A stretch of 58,651 nt of DNA from a bacterium (lineage in GTDB: Bacteria; Patescibacteriota; Minisyncoccia; JAUYLV01): contig JAUSGO010000002.1 of NCBI GenBank assembly GCA_030649025.1, positions 1-58,651 of the forward strand, given 5' to 3'. The notes beneath the pieces were generated by a model. The model was not told the DNA's origin. It was given only the letters and a program-made list of their open reading frames with translations, and ran no database searches. Shown here piece by piece: positions 36,127 through 45,524 of the stretch (within the stretch, counting starts at the first letter, position 1; each line of letters begins with the position of its first letter). The translations under genes and the position numbers were made by a program.

Positions 36127-37614
36127 ATGACAAAAACGAGAAAAAAACAATATACTGCCGCGCGCGCCTATCTCATTGGCATCAAGGGGGTGGGCATGAC
36201 AGCGCTTGCACAGCATCTCGCGTCTCGCGGTTTTCGTGTCTCCGGTTCCGATACGAATGAGAAATTTTTCACCGATGCAGTGCTCAAGCGCCATCACATT
36301 CCTTTTACCGAAGAATTCTCGGCAAGAAATGTTCCTGGAGACGTTCGGTTTGTTGTGGCATCCTCCGCATATACCGCCAAAAATCCGGAAGTAAAAGAAG
36401 CACGAAAGCGCGGGTATAAAATATTTTCATACGCCCATGCGCTGGGAGAGCTTTTTAATGAAAAGCACGGAATAGCGGTATGCGGCTCGCATGGGAAGAC
36501 GACCACATCGGCATTGCTGGGGTATGTATTCCAAAAAGCAGAAAAACGTCCGAATGTCATGACAGGTTCCGAAGTACCGCAATTCCGCGGCAATGCGCTG
36601 ATGGGAAGTGGCGAGCACTTCATTGCCGAAGCCGATGAGTACCAGAACAAGTTCCGCTTTTTTGATCCAAAAACAATCTTGCTTACCAATATTGATTACG
36701 ATCACCCCGATTATTTTTCTGATGTAGCGGCATATCGCAGGGTATTTCGTAATTTTATAGGACGTCTTCCCAAAAGCGGCCTGCTGGTTGTCTGTAGCGA
36801 TGATGCGGAAGCCCGAAAAATTCTTCCTGCAACACGCGCCAAAATAATCACCTACGGTCTTGATGAGGACTACTTTCATATTCGCGCTCACCCCGTCAGA
36901 AGTAGGACGCGGACAGCGTCCGCGACTTCTAACGGGGTAAATAAGAATGTAACAAATGTGGATGTGCACTGGATTGCGCGCGAAGTGAAGGTAAAGAATG
37001 GCAGATGGCAATTTAACGCGTATCGGAATAATGAGTTATTCGGTTCTTTTTTCCTTCGCATTCCGGGGCGTCACAACGTGCTTAATGCGCTGGGAGTTAT
37101 CGCGGCGTCCCGAGCTCACGGTATAAAAAAAGATATTATTCAAAGAGCTCTTAGAGAATTTCGGGGAACGCGCCGAAGATTTGAATATAAGGGGATATAT
37201 CACGGCGCCTTGCTTATTGATGACTACGCGCATCATCCGGCGGAGATTAAAGCGACGCTCAAGGCCGCACGGGAACTGTATCCAAAAAAACGCATTATCG
37301 CGGTATTCCACCCGCATACGTATACGCGAACGAAAGCCCTGCTTGGTGATTTTGCAAAATCTTTTTCAGATGCGGACGAAGTCATCGTTTTGGATATTTA
37401 CGGTTCCGCGCGAGAGAAGCAAGGCGGTGTTTCAAGCAAGGAATTGGTGAAACGCGCAAGTGTCTGGCATAAACATATCCGCCACATCGCAACGATTCCG
37501 CGCGCGGTGCTCTATTTTAAAAAACGCCTCAAAAAAGGCGATGTGCTCATTGCAATGGGAGCGGGGGATGTGTGGAAAGTGCACAAGGGGCTTGTCCCGC
37601 ACTTATCGCGATAA
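36127..37614 (+). CDS. murC: UDP-N-acetylmuramate--L-alanine ligase
   Basis: IGIKGVGMTALAQHLASRGFRVSGSD and CGSHGKTTTSAL. 495 aa. Confidence 0.93.
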   Translation: MTKTRKKQYTAARAYLIGIKGVGMTALAQHLASRGFRVSGSDTNEKFFTDAVLKRHHIPFTEEFSARNVPGDVRFVVASSAYTAKNPEVKEARKRGYKIFSYAHALGELFNEKHGIAVCGSHGKTTTSALLGYVFQKAEKRPNVMTGSEVPQFRGNALMGSGEHFIAEADEYQNKFRFFDPKTILLTNIDYDHPDYFSDVAAYRRVFRNFIGRLPKSGLLVVCSDDAEARKILPATRAKIITYGLDEDYFHIRAHPVRSRTRTASATSNGVNKNVTNVDVHWIAREVKVKNGRWQFNAYRNNELFGSFFLRIPGRHNVLNALGVIAASRAHGIKKDIIQRALREFRGTRRRFEYKGIYHGALLIDDYAHHPAEIKATLKAARELYPKKRIIAVFHPHTYTRTKALLGDFAKSFSDADEVIVLDIYGSAREKQGGVSSKELVKRASVWHKHIRHIATIPRAVLYFKKRLKKGDVLIAMGAGDVWKVHKGLVPHLSR

Positions 37615-37622
37615 GTTCGGGG

Positions 37623-37651
37623 TTGACAGGCGGCAAAGAATAATCTACACT
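37623..37651 (+). promoter_or_regulatory. sigma70-type promoter
   Basis: TTGACAggc-17 nt spacer-TACACT. Confidence 0.6.
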
Positions 37652-37694
37652 TCTGTTTCGACAAAGTTCATTTACAACTGAGGAGGAAAAGAGC

Positions 37695-38039
37695 ATGAGT
37701 TCTGCAGAAGGGTCGAGGTTCCCGGCTTTGAGGAGCGATGAAGAGCGCCTGGCTGCTATTGAGAGAGCCAGAGTGGCGATGGTGTCTTCTCCGGACGTTG
37801 ATATGAGGAAAGTCGCAGATAACTCGATCGCAGTTAGTTTTCTTCTGCATAAACTGCTCCGCGATACGGTATCCATAGTGCACCAAGAGGAAGAAAGAAG
37901 GCGCGGATGGTTTGATTTCCGTGATCGAAGGGTAGTCAAGTCCTTTCAGGAGCTCTGGGACCATTTGCGAAACTGCCAGGAATGCCGCACGACGCTGGAA
38001 ACCGAGATTTGGTTTCTCCAACTCTCTAAGATGCCCTAA
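37695..38039 (+). CDS. hypothetical protein
   Basis: 114-aa ORF with a GAGGAGG RBS, own promoter and terminator. Confidence 0.5.
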   Translation: MSSAEGSRFPALRSDEERLAAIERARVAMVSSPDVDMRKVADNSIAVSFLLHKLLRDTVSIVHQEEERRRGWFDFRDRRVVKSFQELWDHLRNCQECRTTLETEIWFLQLSKMP

Positions 38040-38052
38040 GGGCATCTTTTTA
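38029..38052 (+). terminator. intrinsic terminator (the loop is the stop codon)
   Basis: AGATGCCC-taa-GGGCATCT followed by TTTTTAA. Confidence 0.75.
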
Positions 38053-38053
38053 A

Positions 38054-38082
38054 TTGACGCAGCTGAAAATTTGAGTTATACT
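38054..38082 (+). promoter_or_regulatory. sigma70-type promoter of tRNA-Lys
   Basis: TTGACG-17 nt-TATACT. Confidence 0.65.
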
Positions 38083-38101
38083 CCGCAGGTATAAAAATTT
38101 T

Positions 38102-38174
38102 CCGCCCGTAGCTCAGTTGGTAGAGCAGCTCCCTTTTAAGGAGATGGTCGCAGGTCCGATTCCTGCCGGGCGGA
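38102..38174 (+). tRNA. tRNA-Lys (anticodon UUU), CCA not encoded
   Basis: Acceptor CCGCCCG/CGGGCGG, D arm GCTC-AGTTGGTA-GAGC, anticodon loop CTTTTAA, T arm GCAGG-TCCGATT-CCTGC. Confidence 0.9.
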
Positions 38175-38238
38175 CACTGGGCTGAAATGCCTTTTTTAGG
38201 TAATGTATTCTGTATTATAAAACTAGCATTTGTACACG

Positions 38239-38790
38239 ATGCATTCTGTCAGAACACGATGGTCTAAATATCTTTGCGATCTGTTTCTCGATGACATCCC
38301 GGCCGGATCACGCGTGCTTGATTTTGGCGCCGGAGACGGACTTGATGGTAAGTACATTGGCGAGCAAAGAGGGGCGAGCGTCACGCTTCTTGATGTGCAG
38401 GATAAAAACCAAACGAAGTTGCCAATGAAACTTTATGACGGCACCACTATTCCGTTTTCTCCCGACAGTTTTGACGCGGTTTTCGCTATTGCGGTACTTC
38501 ACCACATACCCCGCGAGGCCCATAGACATATTCTGGCCCAGATCCGAACAATCGCGCCACGGCTTATCGTTATGGAGGATACGCCGGCAAATTGGTTCCG
38601 TTGGTTTTTAAACGTCATTGGCGATACGATCGTCAATGTTCCAAAAAGCATCAGTATGCAGTATAGCTATCGGACAGTCACAGATTGGCGTGATTTTTTT
38701 GAAAAGCTTGGATTTACCGTCGAACGCACCGCATCCGTAGCGCCCTGGTATCCCATCCAGCGCACTTTATTCGTGCTTAAGCGGAAATAA
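38239..38790 (+). CDS. class I SAM-dependent methyltransferase
   Basis: Motif I VLDFGAGDG. Start trimmed to the ATG at 38239. Confidence 0.7.
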   Translation: MHSVRTRWSKYLCDLFLDDIPAGSRVLDFGAGDGLDGKYIGEQRGASVTLLDVQDKNQTKLPMKLYDGTTIPFSPDSFDAVFAIAVLHHIPREAHRHILAQIRTIAPRLIVMEDTPANWFRWFLNVIGDTIVNVPKSISMQYSYRTVTDWRDFFEKLGFTVERTASVAPWYPIQRTLFVLKRK

Positions 38791-38906
38791 CGCGCCCCCA
38801 AAAAAGTTAAAATGAGATGTTTTTCCAAAAAGGCCAACATGGCACAACAATGTGCTATTTTTTTGTTGTAAAAATTAAAAACCCACCGAAACATCGGTAG
38901 GTGTGA

Positions 38907-39245
38907 CTAATTTTTCCCCATCCCCTTTATCTTCTCTCGGAAAAAGCCGATTGAGGAGCAGGTAACCAAGAAGCATGCCGCAGCATACCAGCGGAAGAAT
39001 TCAAAATTACCGGAGCCGGATATGTTGGTAGCCATGCCGATGTATCCTAAAAAGAACCCGAAACATCCCTGGACGAACCAAAAGAGTGGTTGCATTAAGG
39101 CTAGTTCGGATTCCGTAAATCTTATATTTTTCGGAAAGATTCGATCTATAAGAAATACATAGAATCTCAACGTCATCAGCATCAGCGCCACCACAAGGAA
39201 TATAATCACTATGTCAAATGGTTGTAGCATCGCCACCCTCAGCAT
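38907..39245 (-). CDS. small polytopic membrane protein, unknown function
   Basis: 112-aa ORF with 3-4 hydrophobic segments. Confidence 0.45.
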   Translation of the reverse strand: MLRVAMLQPFDIVIIFLVVALMLMTLRFYVFLIDRIFPKNIRFTESELALMQPLFWFVQGCFGFFLGYIGMATNISGSGNFEFFRWYAAACFLVTCSSIGFFREKIKGMGKN

Positions 39246-39309
39246 TTGAATTTTACAAAGATCAAATGTTTATGATATCATTACTTTTTGAATACGTCAA
39301 ATCATTTAA

Positions 39310-40344
39310 ATGAAAAAGAAGATTAAAGGCAAAAAACAGGCTTTTCGAGAATGCCGCATCTGCGTAAATTCAACGCGGAATCCTGCCGTTTCGCTCAACA
39401 AGAGCGGATTGTGTAAAACGTGTGCGCAGTATCGGAAATATTTTAATTCTAAGCATCTTGCAAGGGAATTTTCTTTTTTCAAATCATTTATTGGGAAAGG
39501 GAAGGGCGCATACGATATCATGGTGGGAATCTCTGGCGGGAAGGATTCGAGTGCAATGCTGCGCATGCTCAAGAAACGCGGATTCCGGATACTTGCATTC
39601 AGTTTTGATACCGGATATTACCCAAAGCATATTTTTCAAAGGGCCGCTTCTGTTGCAAATCGCCTTAGCGTCGATTACAAGCGCATAGACATTCGAAAAT
39701 ACATCCGGCCGATAGACAGAAAATCGTTCGCGATGATGGCCGATCTTTATGAAGAGAAGCCATCCGAAGTGCTTAAAGAAAAATTCCGTACTTTGTATGC
39801 AGAGGGGAGGAAACATTATTCGGTAAAATGTCAGCACGCTCTTCCTTTCGTCCGGACATGCCAGCTTTGCAGGCGCGTGGTGATACGCGCGTATGTCGCC
39901 GAAGCGTTAAAACGGAACATATCTATGGTGGTGTTGGGCATCAACGAATGGGCACATTTAAGCCAGAGCGGCTCAAAACATATTTTCTCTGCTATACGGA
40001 AACTCAAGCCGTACACCGATAAACAGGTGGTGTATATTGTGCATTCTCCATTTTTATTTCAGCGTAAAGCGGCGGATACAAGAAAAATTCTGAAGAAAAT
40101 GGGCTGGTGGAAACTTCCGAAAGGGGAGGGGCTTATAGAATCTAATGCCAATTCCTGCCTGCTCGCGCGCGCGACAGAGAAAAAGGCAATCGAGATGCTC
40201 GGGTTCCATCCCGACTCTACCCGCCTTTCACGCGAGATAACCGCGGGGTTCATTACCAAGGAACAAGCGAAATTGGCTTTGAGTAAAGCGCATCATTCGC
40301 GATATTCCGTTCGTAGAGTTCTTCGGCGGGCGGGGATATTATAA
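39310..40344 (+). CDS. N-acetyl sugar amidotransferase (PP-loop ATPase, WbuX/PseA-like)
   Basis: N-terminal CRICV..CKTC zinc ribbon followed by the PP-loop motif GISGGKDSSAM. Confidence 0.7.
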   Translation: MKKKIKGKKQAFRECRICVNSTRNPAVSLNKSGLCKTCAQYRKYFNSKHLAREFSFFKSFIGKGKGAYDIMVGISGGKDSSAMLRMLKKRGFRILAFSFDTGYYPKHIFQRAASVANRLSVDYKRIDIRKYIRPIDRKSFAMMADLYEEKPSEVLKEKFRTLYAEGRKHYSVKCQHALPFVRTCQLCRRVVIRAYVAEALKRNISMVVLGINEWAHLSQSGSKHIFSAIRKLKPYTDKQVVYIVHSPFLFQRKAADTRKILKKMGWWKLPKGEGLIESNANSCLLARATEKKAIEMLGFHPDSTRLSREITAGFITKEQAKLALSKAHHSRYSVRRVLRRAGIL

Positions 40345-40377
40345 AAAAGAAATAATGAAGGAATTTGCACTTTTTTC

Positions 40378-40406
40378 TTGCTAAAATCTGAAATCGGGCA
40401 TATGCT
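40378..40406 (+). promoter_or_regulatory. sigma70-type promoter of gdh
   Basis: TTGCTA-17 nt-TATGCT. Confidence 0.5.
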
Positions 40407-40466
40407 GAAGAACGGCAGAATTAAGTTTTTTAACAAATTTTATTTTCAAGAGAGAGGAGATAAAAC

Positions 40467-41822
40467 ATGATGGGCTCCAGAGAAGCCGAAGCGGTTCTTA
40501 TGCTTCAGCAGATGTTCAGGCGAGTGGACGAAATTTGTGAGATTTTGGGTGTTGACCGCAGAGTTCAAGTGATGCTCAAGGATTTTGATTCACCATATGA
40601 GCGGCCGTTTCGGGTGACATTTGCACGTCTTGGCGAAGGTCCCGGAGCTGCAAAGGTAGAACTCAAGACAGAACATTATCACGTCATCCGTGTCCGTCAT
40701 GTCAATCCCTGGGCGACGGGACACCAACCTTTCGGCGGCGGTCTGCGCTATGACTCTTCGGTGACCCTACCGCTTATGAAGGTTGATGCGATGAAAATGA
40801 CCTTCAAACATACGCTTGTGGGGCCCCATGACCACGAACGCATTCCGTTCGGCGGCGCCAAAGGCGGTGTCGCGGTAGATCCACGTTTGCTTTCCTGGCA
40901 CGAGCTTGTGCAGTTGACCCAAGAGGTGGTGCAGAAACTCAACCCCGTTATCGGTCCCCACGTGGACCGGGTTGCTCCCGACATGGGAACCAATGAAAAG
41001 ATTATGGACGAGTTTATGACGCATTACGCGACGCTCAACGCGGAGAAGAATATTCCCTGCGGTGCTATCGCAAGCGGAAAATCGTTGGATAATTTTGGGT
41101 GTCCGGGAAGACTGACCGCGACCGCAGAGGGTATGCTCGATGTTCTTGAGTACTTCCGTGGACATGACGCATTTTCCGCGTATTTCAAAAAAGCCCCCAG
41201 GACCATCATCGTGGGCATGGGCAATGTCGGAGGATGGTTTCTGAAGTTCGCAAAAGACCACGGTTTGAATGTTGTGGGTGTTGCGGACATTCACGGAGCG
41301 CTCTATCGCAAAGACGGTGGCCTTGAAGAGGAAGCTGACACAATTCTGAAATTGGCATCAAGCAAGGAAGGCATCGCGGCTTATAGCGAAGCCGAACATT
41401 GCACGCTCGAGGAATTGCTTGCCCAGGATTGCGATATGCTGGTTCCGGCTGCTTCCGAAGGTATGATTACGTCTCAGGTTGCTTCCAAGATGAAAGCGCG
41501 AATTCTTCTGGAAGGAGCCAATAATCCTACAGACGAAGAGGCGCTTCCCATTCTTCGGGAGAACGATGTGCTTACCATTCCCGATATCCTTGCCAATGCC
41601 GGCGGAGCTACCGTTTCCTATTTTGAATGGCTCCAGGGAGTACGAGGCCAGCAATATGAGTTGGAAGACATCCAGGCGAAGCGAAAAGCATACTTGGTTG
41701 GTGGTGCCAAGCGTACGGTTGAAGCCGCGGATAAGTACAAGACCGACCTGCGAACGGGGGCGATGATTGCTTCGATAGATTTTATTGCGCGACGACTGAT
41801 GCGGAAGCATCACTGGGAATAA
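40467..41822 (+). CDS. gdh: Glu/Leu/Phe/Val dehydrogenase family protein (glutamate dehydrogenase-like)
   Basis: PFGGAKGGVAVDP catalytic Lys region, APDMGTNEKIMDEFM, and the GMGNVGGWF NAD(P) fold. Confidence 0.85.
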   Translation: MMGSREAEAVLMLQQMFRRVDEICEILGVDRRVQVMLKDFDSPYERPFRVTFARLGEGPGAAKVELKTEHYHVIRVRHVNPWATGHQPFGGGLRYDSSVTLPLMKVDAMKMTFKHTLVGPHDHERIPFGGAKGGVAVDPRLLSWHELVQLTQEVVQKLNPVIGPHVDRVAPDMGTNEKIMDEFMTHYATLNAEKNIPCGAIASGKSLDNFGCPGRLTATAEGMLDVLEYFRGHDAFSAYFKKAPRTIIVGMGNVGGWFLKFAKDHGLNVVGVADIHGALYRKDGGLEEEADTILKLASSKEGIAAYSEAEHCTLEELLAQDCDMLVPAASEGMITSQVASKMKARILLEGANNPTDEEALPILRENDVLTIPDILANAGGATVSYFEWLQGVRGQQYELEDIQAKRKAYLVGGAKRTVEAADKYKTDLRTGAMIASIDFIARRLMRKHHWE

Positions 41823-41838
41823 GGGCATATAAGAAAAA

Positions 41839-41869
41839 CCCGCTATATCGTTATAGCGGGATTTTTATT
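41839..41869 (+). terminator. intrinsic terminator
   Basis: CCCGCTATA-tcgt-TATAGCGGG followed by ATTTTTATT. Confidence 0.8.
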
Positions 41870-41983
41870 GCCTAGTATCATATTTTTTCAAGCACGATAG
41901 ACTTGTTCCAGAATATTCACATCACATTGTCAAATGAGGGCCATCCTCCGTTTACAGACATATTATGGTTTGCTATGCTGTGA

Positions 41984-42805
41984 ATGGCCGTGCTAGCCAA
42001 TTTCTTTATGATGACAAAGAAAAGAAATGCGCGTTCTGTTGTGACAAGGAGGGGGAGGAGCAAGGCCTCTCAAAAGACGCACATACATCACCAAGAGCTT
42101 CTTACCAAAGAGCTGCTCGGGTTTCTTGCGCTTTTCTCGCATCAACTGCGCACCCCCCTTTCTATTGTAAAAGGATATGTGGCAATGTTGCTTGACGGCA
42201 CGTTCGGAGAACTTAGTTTCACCCAAAAAAAAGCGTTCGAAAAAATTTTCACGGCCAACGAACGCATGATACGTTTGGTGAATAATTTCCTCGACCTCCC
42301 GCGCATCCATGTAGGTACCATGGAATATAATTTTGAGCCCATTTCTCCTACCGAACTTCTTTCTCACGCCGTGGCCGAAGCGAGGCTCCAGGCCGACATC
42401 AAAAAACTCCCCATAGAATGGTTTGCCGAAAATCCACTCCCGAAGATCCTTGCAGACCGAGAAAATCTTCTCCAAGCCCTCTCGAACATTCTTGATAATG
42501 CCATAAAATACACCAAGAAAGGGAAGATCAGTGTTTCGATCTCTAAAAAGGAAGACCATGTTCTTATCTCCATTAGCGATACCGGGGTGGGAATTCTGTC
42601 CGAAGATTTGCCGAAGCTTTTCAATAAATTTATGCGGGGAGAAGATATGCGGCGGCTCTACCGCGAAGGAAGGGGACTCGGTCTTTACATCGCGCGGCAG
42701 ATTATTAAGGGGCATGACGGGAAGGTTTGGGCGGAATCTCCCGGACTTGGGAAAGGGAGTACATTCTTTATAGAATTACCGATTACAAATAACAAAAACG
42801 AATAA
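41984..42805 (+). CDS. cytoplasmic sensor histidine kinase (HisKA + HATPase_c), no partner regulator in window
   Basis: H box FSHQLRTPLS, N box LDNAIKYT, G boxes DTGVGI and GLGLYI. No TM segments. Confidence 0.85.
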   Translation: MAVLANFFMMTKKRNARSVVTRRGRSKASQKTHIHHQELLTKELLGFLALFSHQLRTPLSIVKGYVAMLLDGTFGELSFTQKKAFEKIFTANERMIRLVNNFLDLPRIHVGTMEYNFEPISPTELLSHAVAEARLQADIKKLPIEWFAENPLPKILADRENLLQALSNILDNAIKYTKKGKISVSISKKEDHVLISISDTGVGILSEDLPKLFNKFMRGEDMRRLYREGRGLGLYIARQIIKGHDGKVWAESPGLGKGSTFFIELPITNNKNE

Positions 42806-42840
42806 CAAGCCCTCTTGTTATTTAGCGTTTGGTATTTGTT
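42785..42840. repeat. junction palindrome spanning the kinase stop codon
   Basis: Inner stem AATAACAAG-ccct-CTTGTTATT. Outer arms acaaataacaaaaacg / cgtttggtatttgt. Confidence 0.7.
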
Positions 42841-44260
42841 GTATATTTTGGAACGGACACTCACATTCGAAACATTGCAAAAAATAGGCCAAGAAGCGAC
42901 ACTTTGCGGTTGGGTGCATGTACGAAGAGACCATGGGAAGATTGTTTTCATTGATTTGCGCGATCGGTGGGGACTCATGCAGGTGGTGTTTACCCCGGGA
43001 CATAAGGAGGTGTATGCACTTGCCCAGACTTTGCGGCCCGAGTGGGTGGTGAAAGTAAGCGGCATGGTTAAAGAACGACCGGAGAAGCTTGCCAACCCCA
43101 AGCTTCCGACCGGAAAAATAGAGCTTGAAGCGACGGCCCTTGAGGTATTGAATAGCGCCCAAACTCCGCCATTCGCGCTTGATACCGATGGCTACGAAAT
43201 AGGCGAGGAGCATCGCATGAAATACCGGTACCTTGATCTGCGCCGGGACCGCATGAAAAAAAATTTGATGATGCGCAGTGGCATCATACAAATGATGCGC
43301 CGATTTCTGGGTCGGAATAATTTTATTGAAATTGAGACGCCAATCCTCACCAGGTCAACTCCCGAAGGTGCACGGGATTACGTGGTGCCTTCCCGGCTTC
43401 ATGCAGGAAAATTTTACGCGCTTCCGCAATCCCCGCAACAATACAAGCAGCTTTTGATGGTTGCCGGCATAGACCGTTATTTTCAGATTGCCCGGTGTTT
43501 TCGCGACGAGGACACGCGGGGTGACCGCCAGCCGGAATTTACACAGCTGGATATCGAGATGAGTTTTGCAGATCAGAACCAGATATTACAGCTTGTTGAA
43601 GACCTGTACATCGATATCGTGCGGCATGTTGATCGCGACAAAAAAAAGATCCACCAAGTCCCTTTTCCGCGCATTACCTATAAAGAAGCTGAAGAAAAAT
43701 GGAAAAGCGATAAGCCGGACTTGCGCGAAAATACCAAAGATCCCAACGAGCTTGCCTTTGCTTATATTGTGGACTTTCCGCTTTTTGAATGGAAGGAAAG
43801 TGAGAAGCGATGGGATGCGACGCATCATCCATTCACCGCTCCGCAGTTTTTGAAAGGCGAGACGACGGAAGCGTTCATTAGACGCATGAAGGAAGACCCT
43901 GGCTCCGTTCTTGCCCAGCAGTATGACCTGGTGTGCAACGGGTATGAACTTGGAGGAGGCAGTATTCGGATACATGATGCAAAACTGCTTTCCGCGATTT
44001 TTGAATTCATGGGACATTCCGCTTCGGCGGTGCGGGAAAAATTTGGGCACATGCTGGACGCCTTCACCTACGGCGTTCCGCCGCATGGCGGCATGGCTCC
44101 AGGAATTGACCGGTTGGTCATGCTTCTCATGAACGAGCCGAATATCCGCGAAGTTATTGCATTCCCAAAAACGGGTGATGGCAGAGACCTCATGATGGAC
44201 GGTCCGTCGGGACTCGAAGAACGTCAATTAAAAGAGCTTCATATAAAAATTCAGAAGTAG
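42815..44260 (+). CDS. aspS: aspartate--tRNA ligase, bacterial type but lacking the GAD insertion domain
   Basis: OB-fold N-terminus (GWVHVRRDHGKIVFIDLRD) and class II motifs (FRDEDTRGDRQPEFTQLD, GGGSIRIH). The true start is probably downstream (for example TTG 42848), because 42815-42840 is the palindrome arm. Confidence 0.9.
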   Translation: MLFSVWYLLYILERTLTFETLQKIGQEATLCGWVHVRRDHGKIVFIDLRDRWGLMQVVFTPGHKEVYALAQTLRPEWVVKVSGMVKERPEKLANPKLPTGKIELEATALEVLNSAQTPPFALDTDGYEIGEEHRMKYRYLDLRRDRMKKNLMMRSGIIQMMRRFLGRNNFIEIETPILTRSTPEGARDYVVPSRLHAGKFYALPQSPQQYKQLLMVAGIDRYFQIARCFRDEDTRGDRQPEFTQLDIEMSFADQNQILQLVEDLYIDIVRHVDRDKKKIHQVPFPRITYKEAEEKWKSDKPDLRENTKDPNELAFAYIVDFPLFEWKESEKRWDATHHPFTAPQFLKGETTEAFIRRMKEDPGSVLAQQYDLVCNGYELGGGSIRIHDAKLLSAIFEFMGHSASAVREKFGHMLDAFTYGVPPHGGMAPGIDRLVMLLMNEPNIREVIAFPKTGDGRDLMMDGPSGLEERQLKELHIKIQK

Positions 44261-44292
44261 ATCAGACATTTAGTATCATTAAAACATCGTCT

Positions 44293-44796
44293 ATGGCTAT
44301 ACCAAAACCTTTCAGTACTTTTCTCGATACCAACAAGATCAAGTATGCGGTTGTCGAACATCGGCGCGTATTTACGGCACACGATAAGGCCGCAACGCTT
44401 CATGTGGAAGAAAAGTTTGTCGCCAAAACTGCGGTGTTCCAGGTCGGGTCGAAAGAGCATGTTCTGGTGCTTGTTCCGGCCTCCAAGCACATTGATAAAA
44501 AGAAGGTGAAGACCGCGGTCAATGTGTGGCTACGAAAGCAATCAAAAAAGCCGGAGAGCAAGGTGGACTTTGCCACCGAACAATGGATGAAAAAAAAATT
44601 GAAAGGCGAGGTGGGCTCAACGCCGCCGTTCCCAAAGATGTTGAAATTGCATGCCTTTGTAGACAATGCACTTTTCAAACAGCCGAGATTATATTTGAAT
44701 AGCGGCGATTACGAGCATTCTTTTTTAGTGAATCAGGCGAATTTCAAAAAGATCTTAGGAGTAAGTTTTGTGAAAGGAGCGTTTGCAAAATCTTAG
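44293..44796 (+). CDS. YbaK/EbsC-like aminoacyl-tRNA deacylase domain protein
   Basis: N-terminal ..FLDTNKIKYAVVEH.. and the ..KTAVFQV.. layout are YbaK-like. Confidence 0.6.
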   Translation: MAIPKPFSTFLDTNKIKYAVVEHRRVFTAHDKAATLHVEEKFVAKTAVFQVGSKEHVLVLVPASKHIDKKKVKTAVNVWLRKQSKKPESKVDFATEQWMKKKLKGEVGSTPPFPKMLKLHAFVDNALFKQPRLYLNSGDYEHSFLVNQANFKKILGVSFVKGAFAKS

Positions 44797-44798
44797 AC

Positions 44799-45524
44799 AT
44801 GCCTGTCAATAGCAATCCTTATACCGTAAAAGTTGCTACCTTCGAAGGACCTTTGGACGTCCTTCTTAGCTTAATTGAGGGAAAAAAGCTCGAAATAACG
44901 CAGATATCGCTTGCGGAAGTTACCAATCAGTTCATACAATATGTAGAAACGACTCCCATACCTCCCGGGATCCTTGCGGAATTCCTATCCGTTGCGGCGC
45001 ATCTTCTTATTATCAAGACCAAAGCCCTTTTGCCGTTCCTGGTGTTAAGCGAAGAAGAAGAGGAGGAGTTGGTAGACCTGGAAGCGCGCCTGAAACTCCT
45101 TCAACGGTATCGGGAAGCGGGAAAACATCTTCAAAGCCAGATTCGCAGAAAACAATTTTCATTCGGGCGCGAGGCTACTTCCATTTTTTCCATAACATTT
45201 TATCCGCCGGAGAATATCACTGCCAATATACTTCATGTCCATATGCGGCGTATTGCCGACGAGTTCCGTGCATTCTATGAAAAACAGCAGTATGCGCAAG
45301 CCACCCTTGAGAAAGTTGTGTCGCTGGAAGAGCGGATCCGCGATCTCATGAAAATAATCGAAGGAGCTCTCGAGAAACGTTTTCACGAAGCGGTCGGAAG
45401 CGCCTCGAGCAAAATGGAAATTATCGTAACATTCCTTGCGATGCTGGAGCTTATCAAACAACGGCTCGTGGCGGTTGAACAGCAAGGACTATTCGGAGAG
45501 ATTACTATAAGAAAAACGAATTAA
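44799..45524 (+). CDS. scpA: segregation and condensation protein A
   Basis: FEGPLDVLLSLIEGKKLEITQISLAEVTNQF. Confidence 0.88.
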   Translation: MPVNSNPYTVKVATFEGPLDVLLSLIEGKKLEITQISLAEVTNQFIQYVETTPIPPGILAEFLSVAAHLLIIKTKALLPFLVLSEEEEEELVDLEARLKLLQRYREAGKHLQSQIRRKQFSFGREATSIFSITFYPPENITANILHVHMRRIADEFRAFYEKQQYAQATLEKVVSLEERIRDLMKIIEGALEKRFHEAVGSASSKMEIIVTFLAMLELIKQRLVAVEQQGLFGEITIRKTN

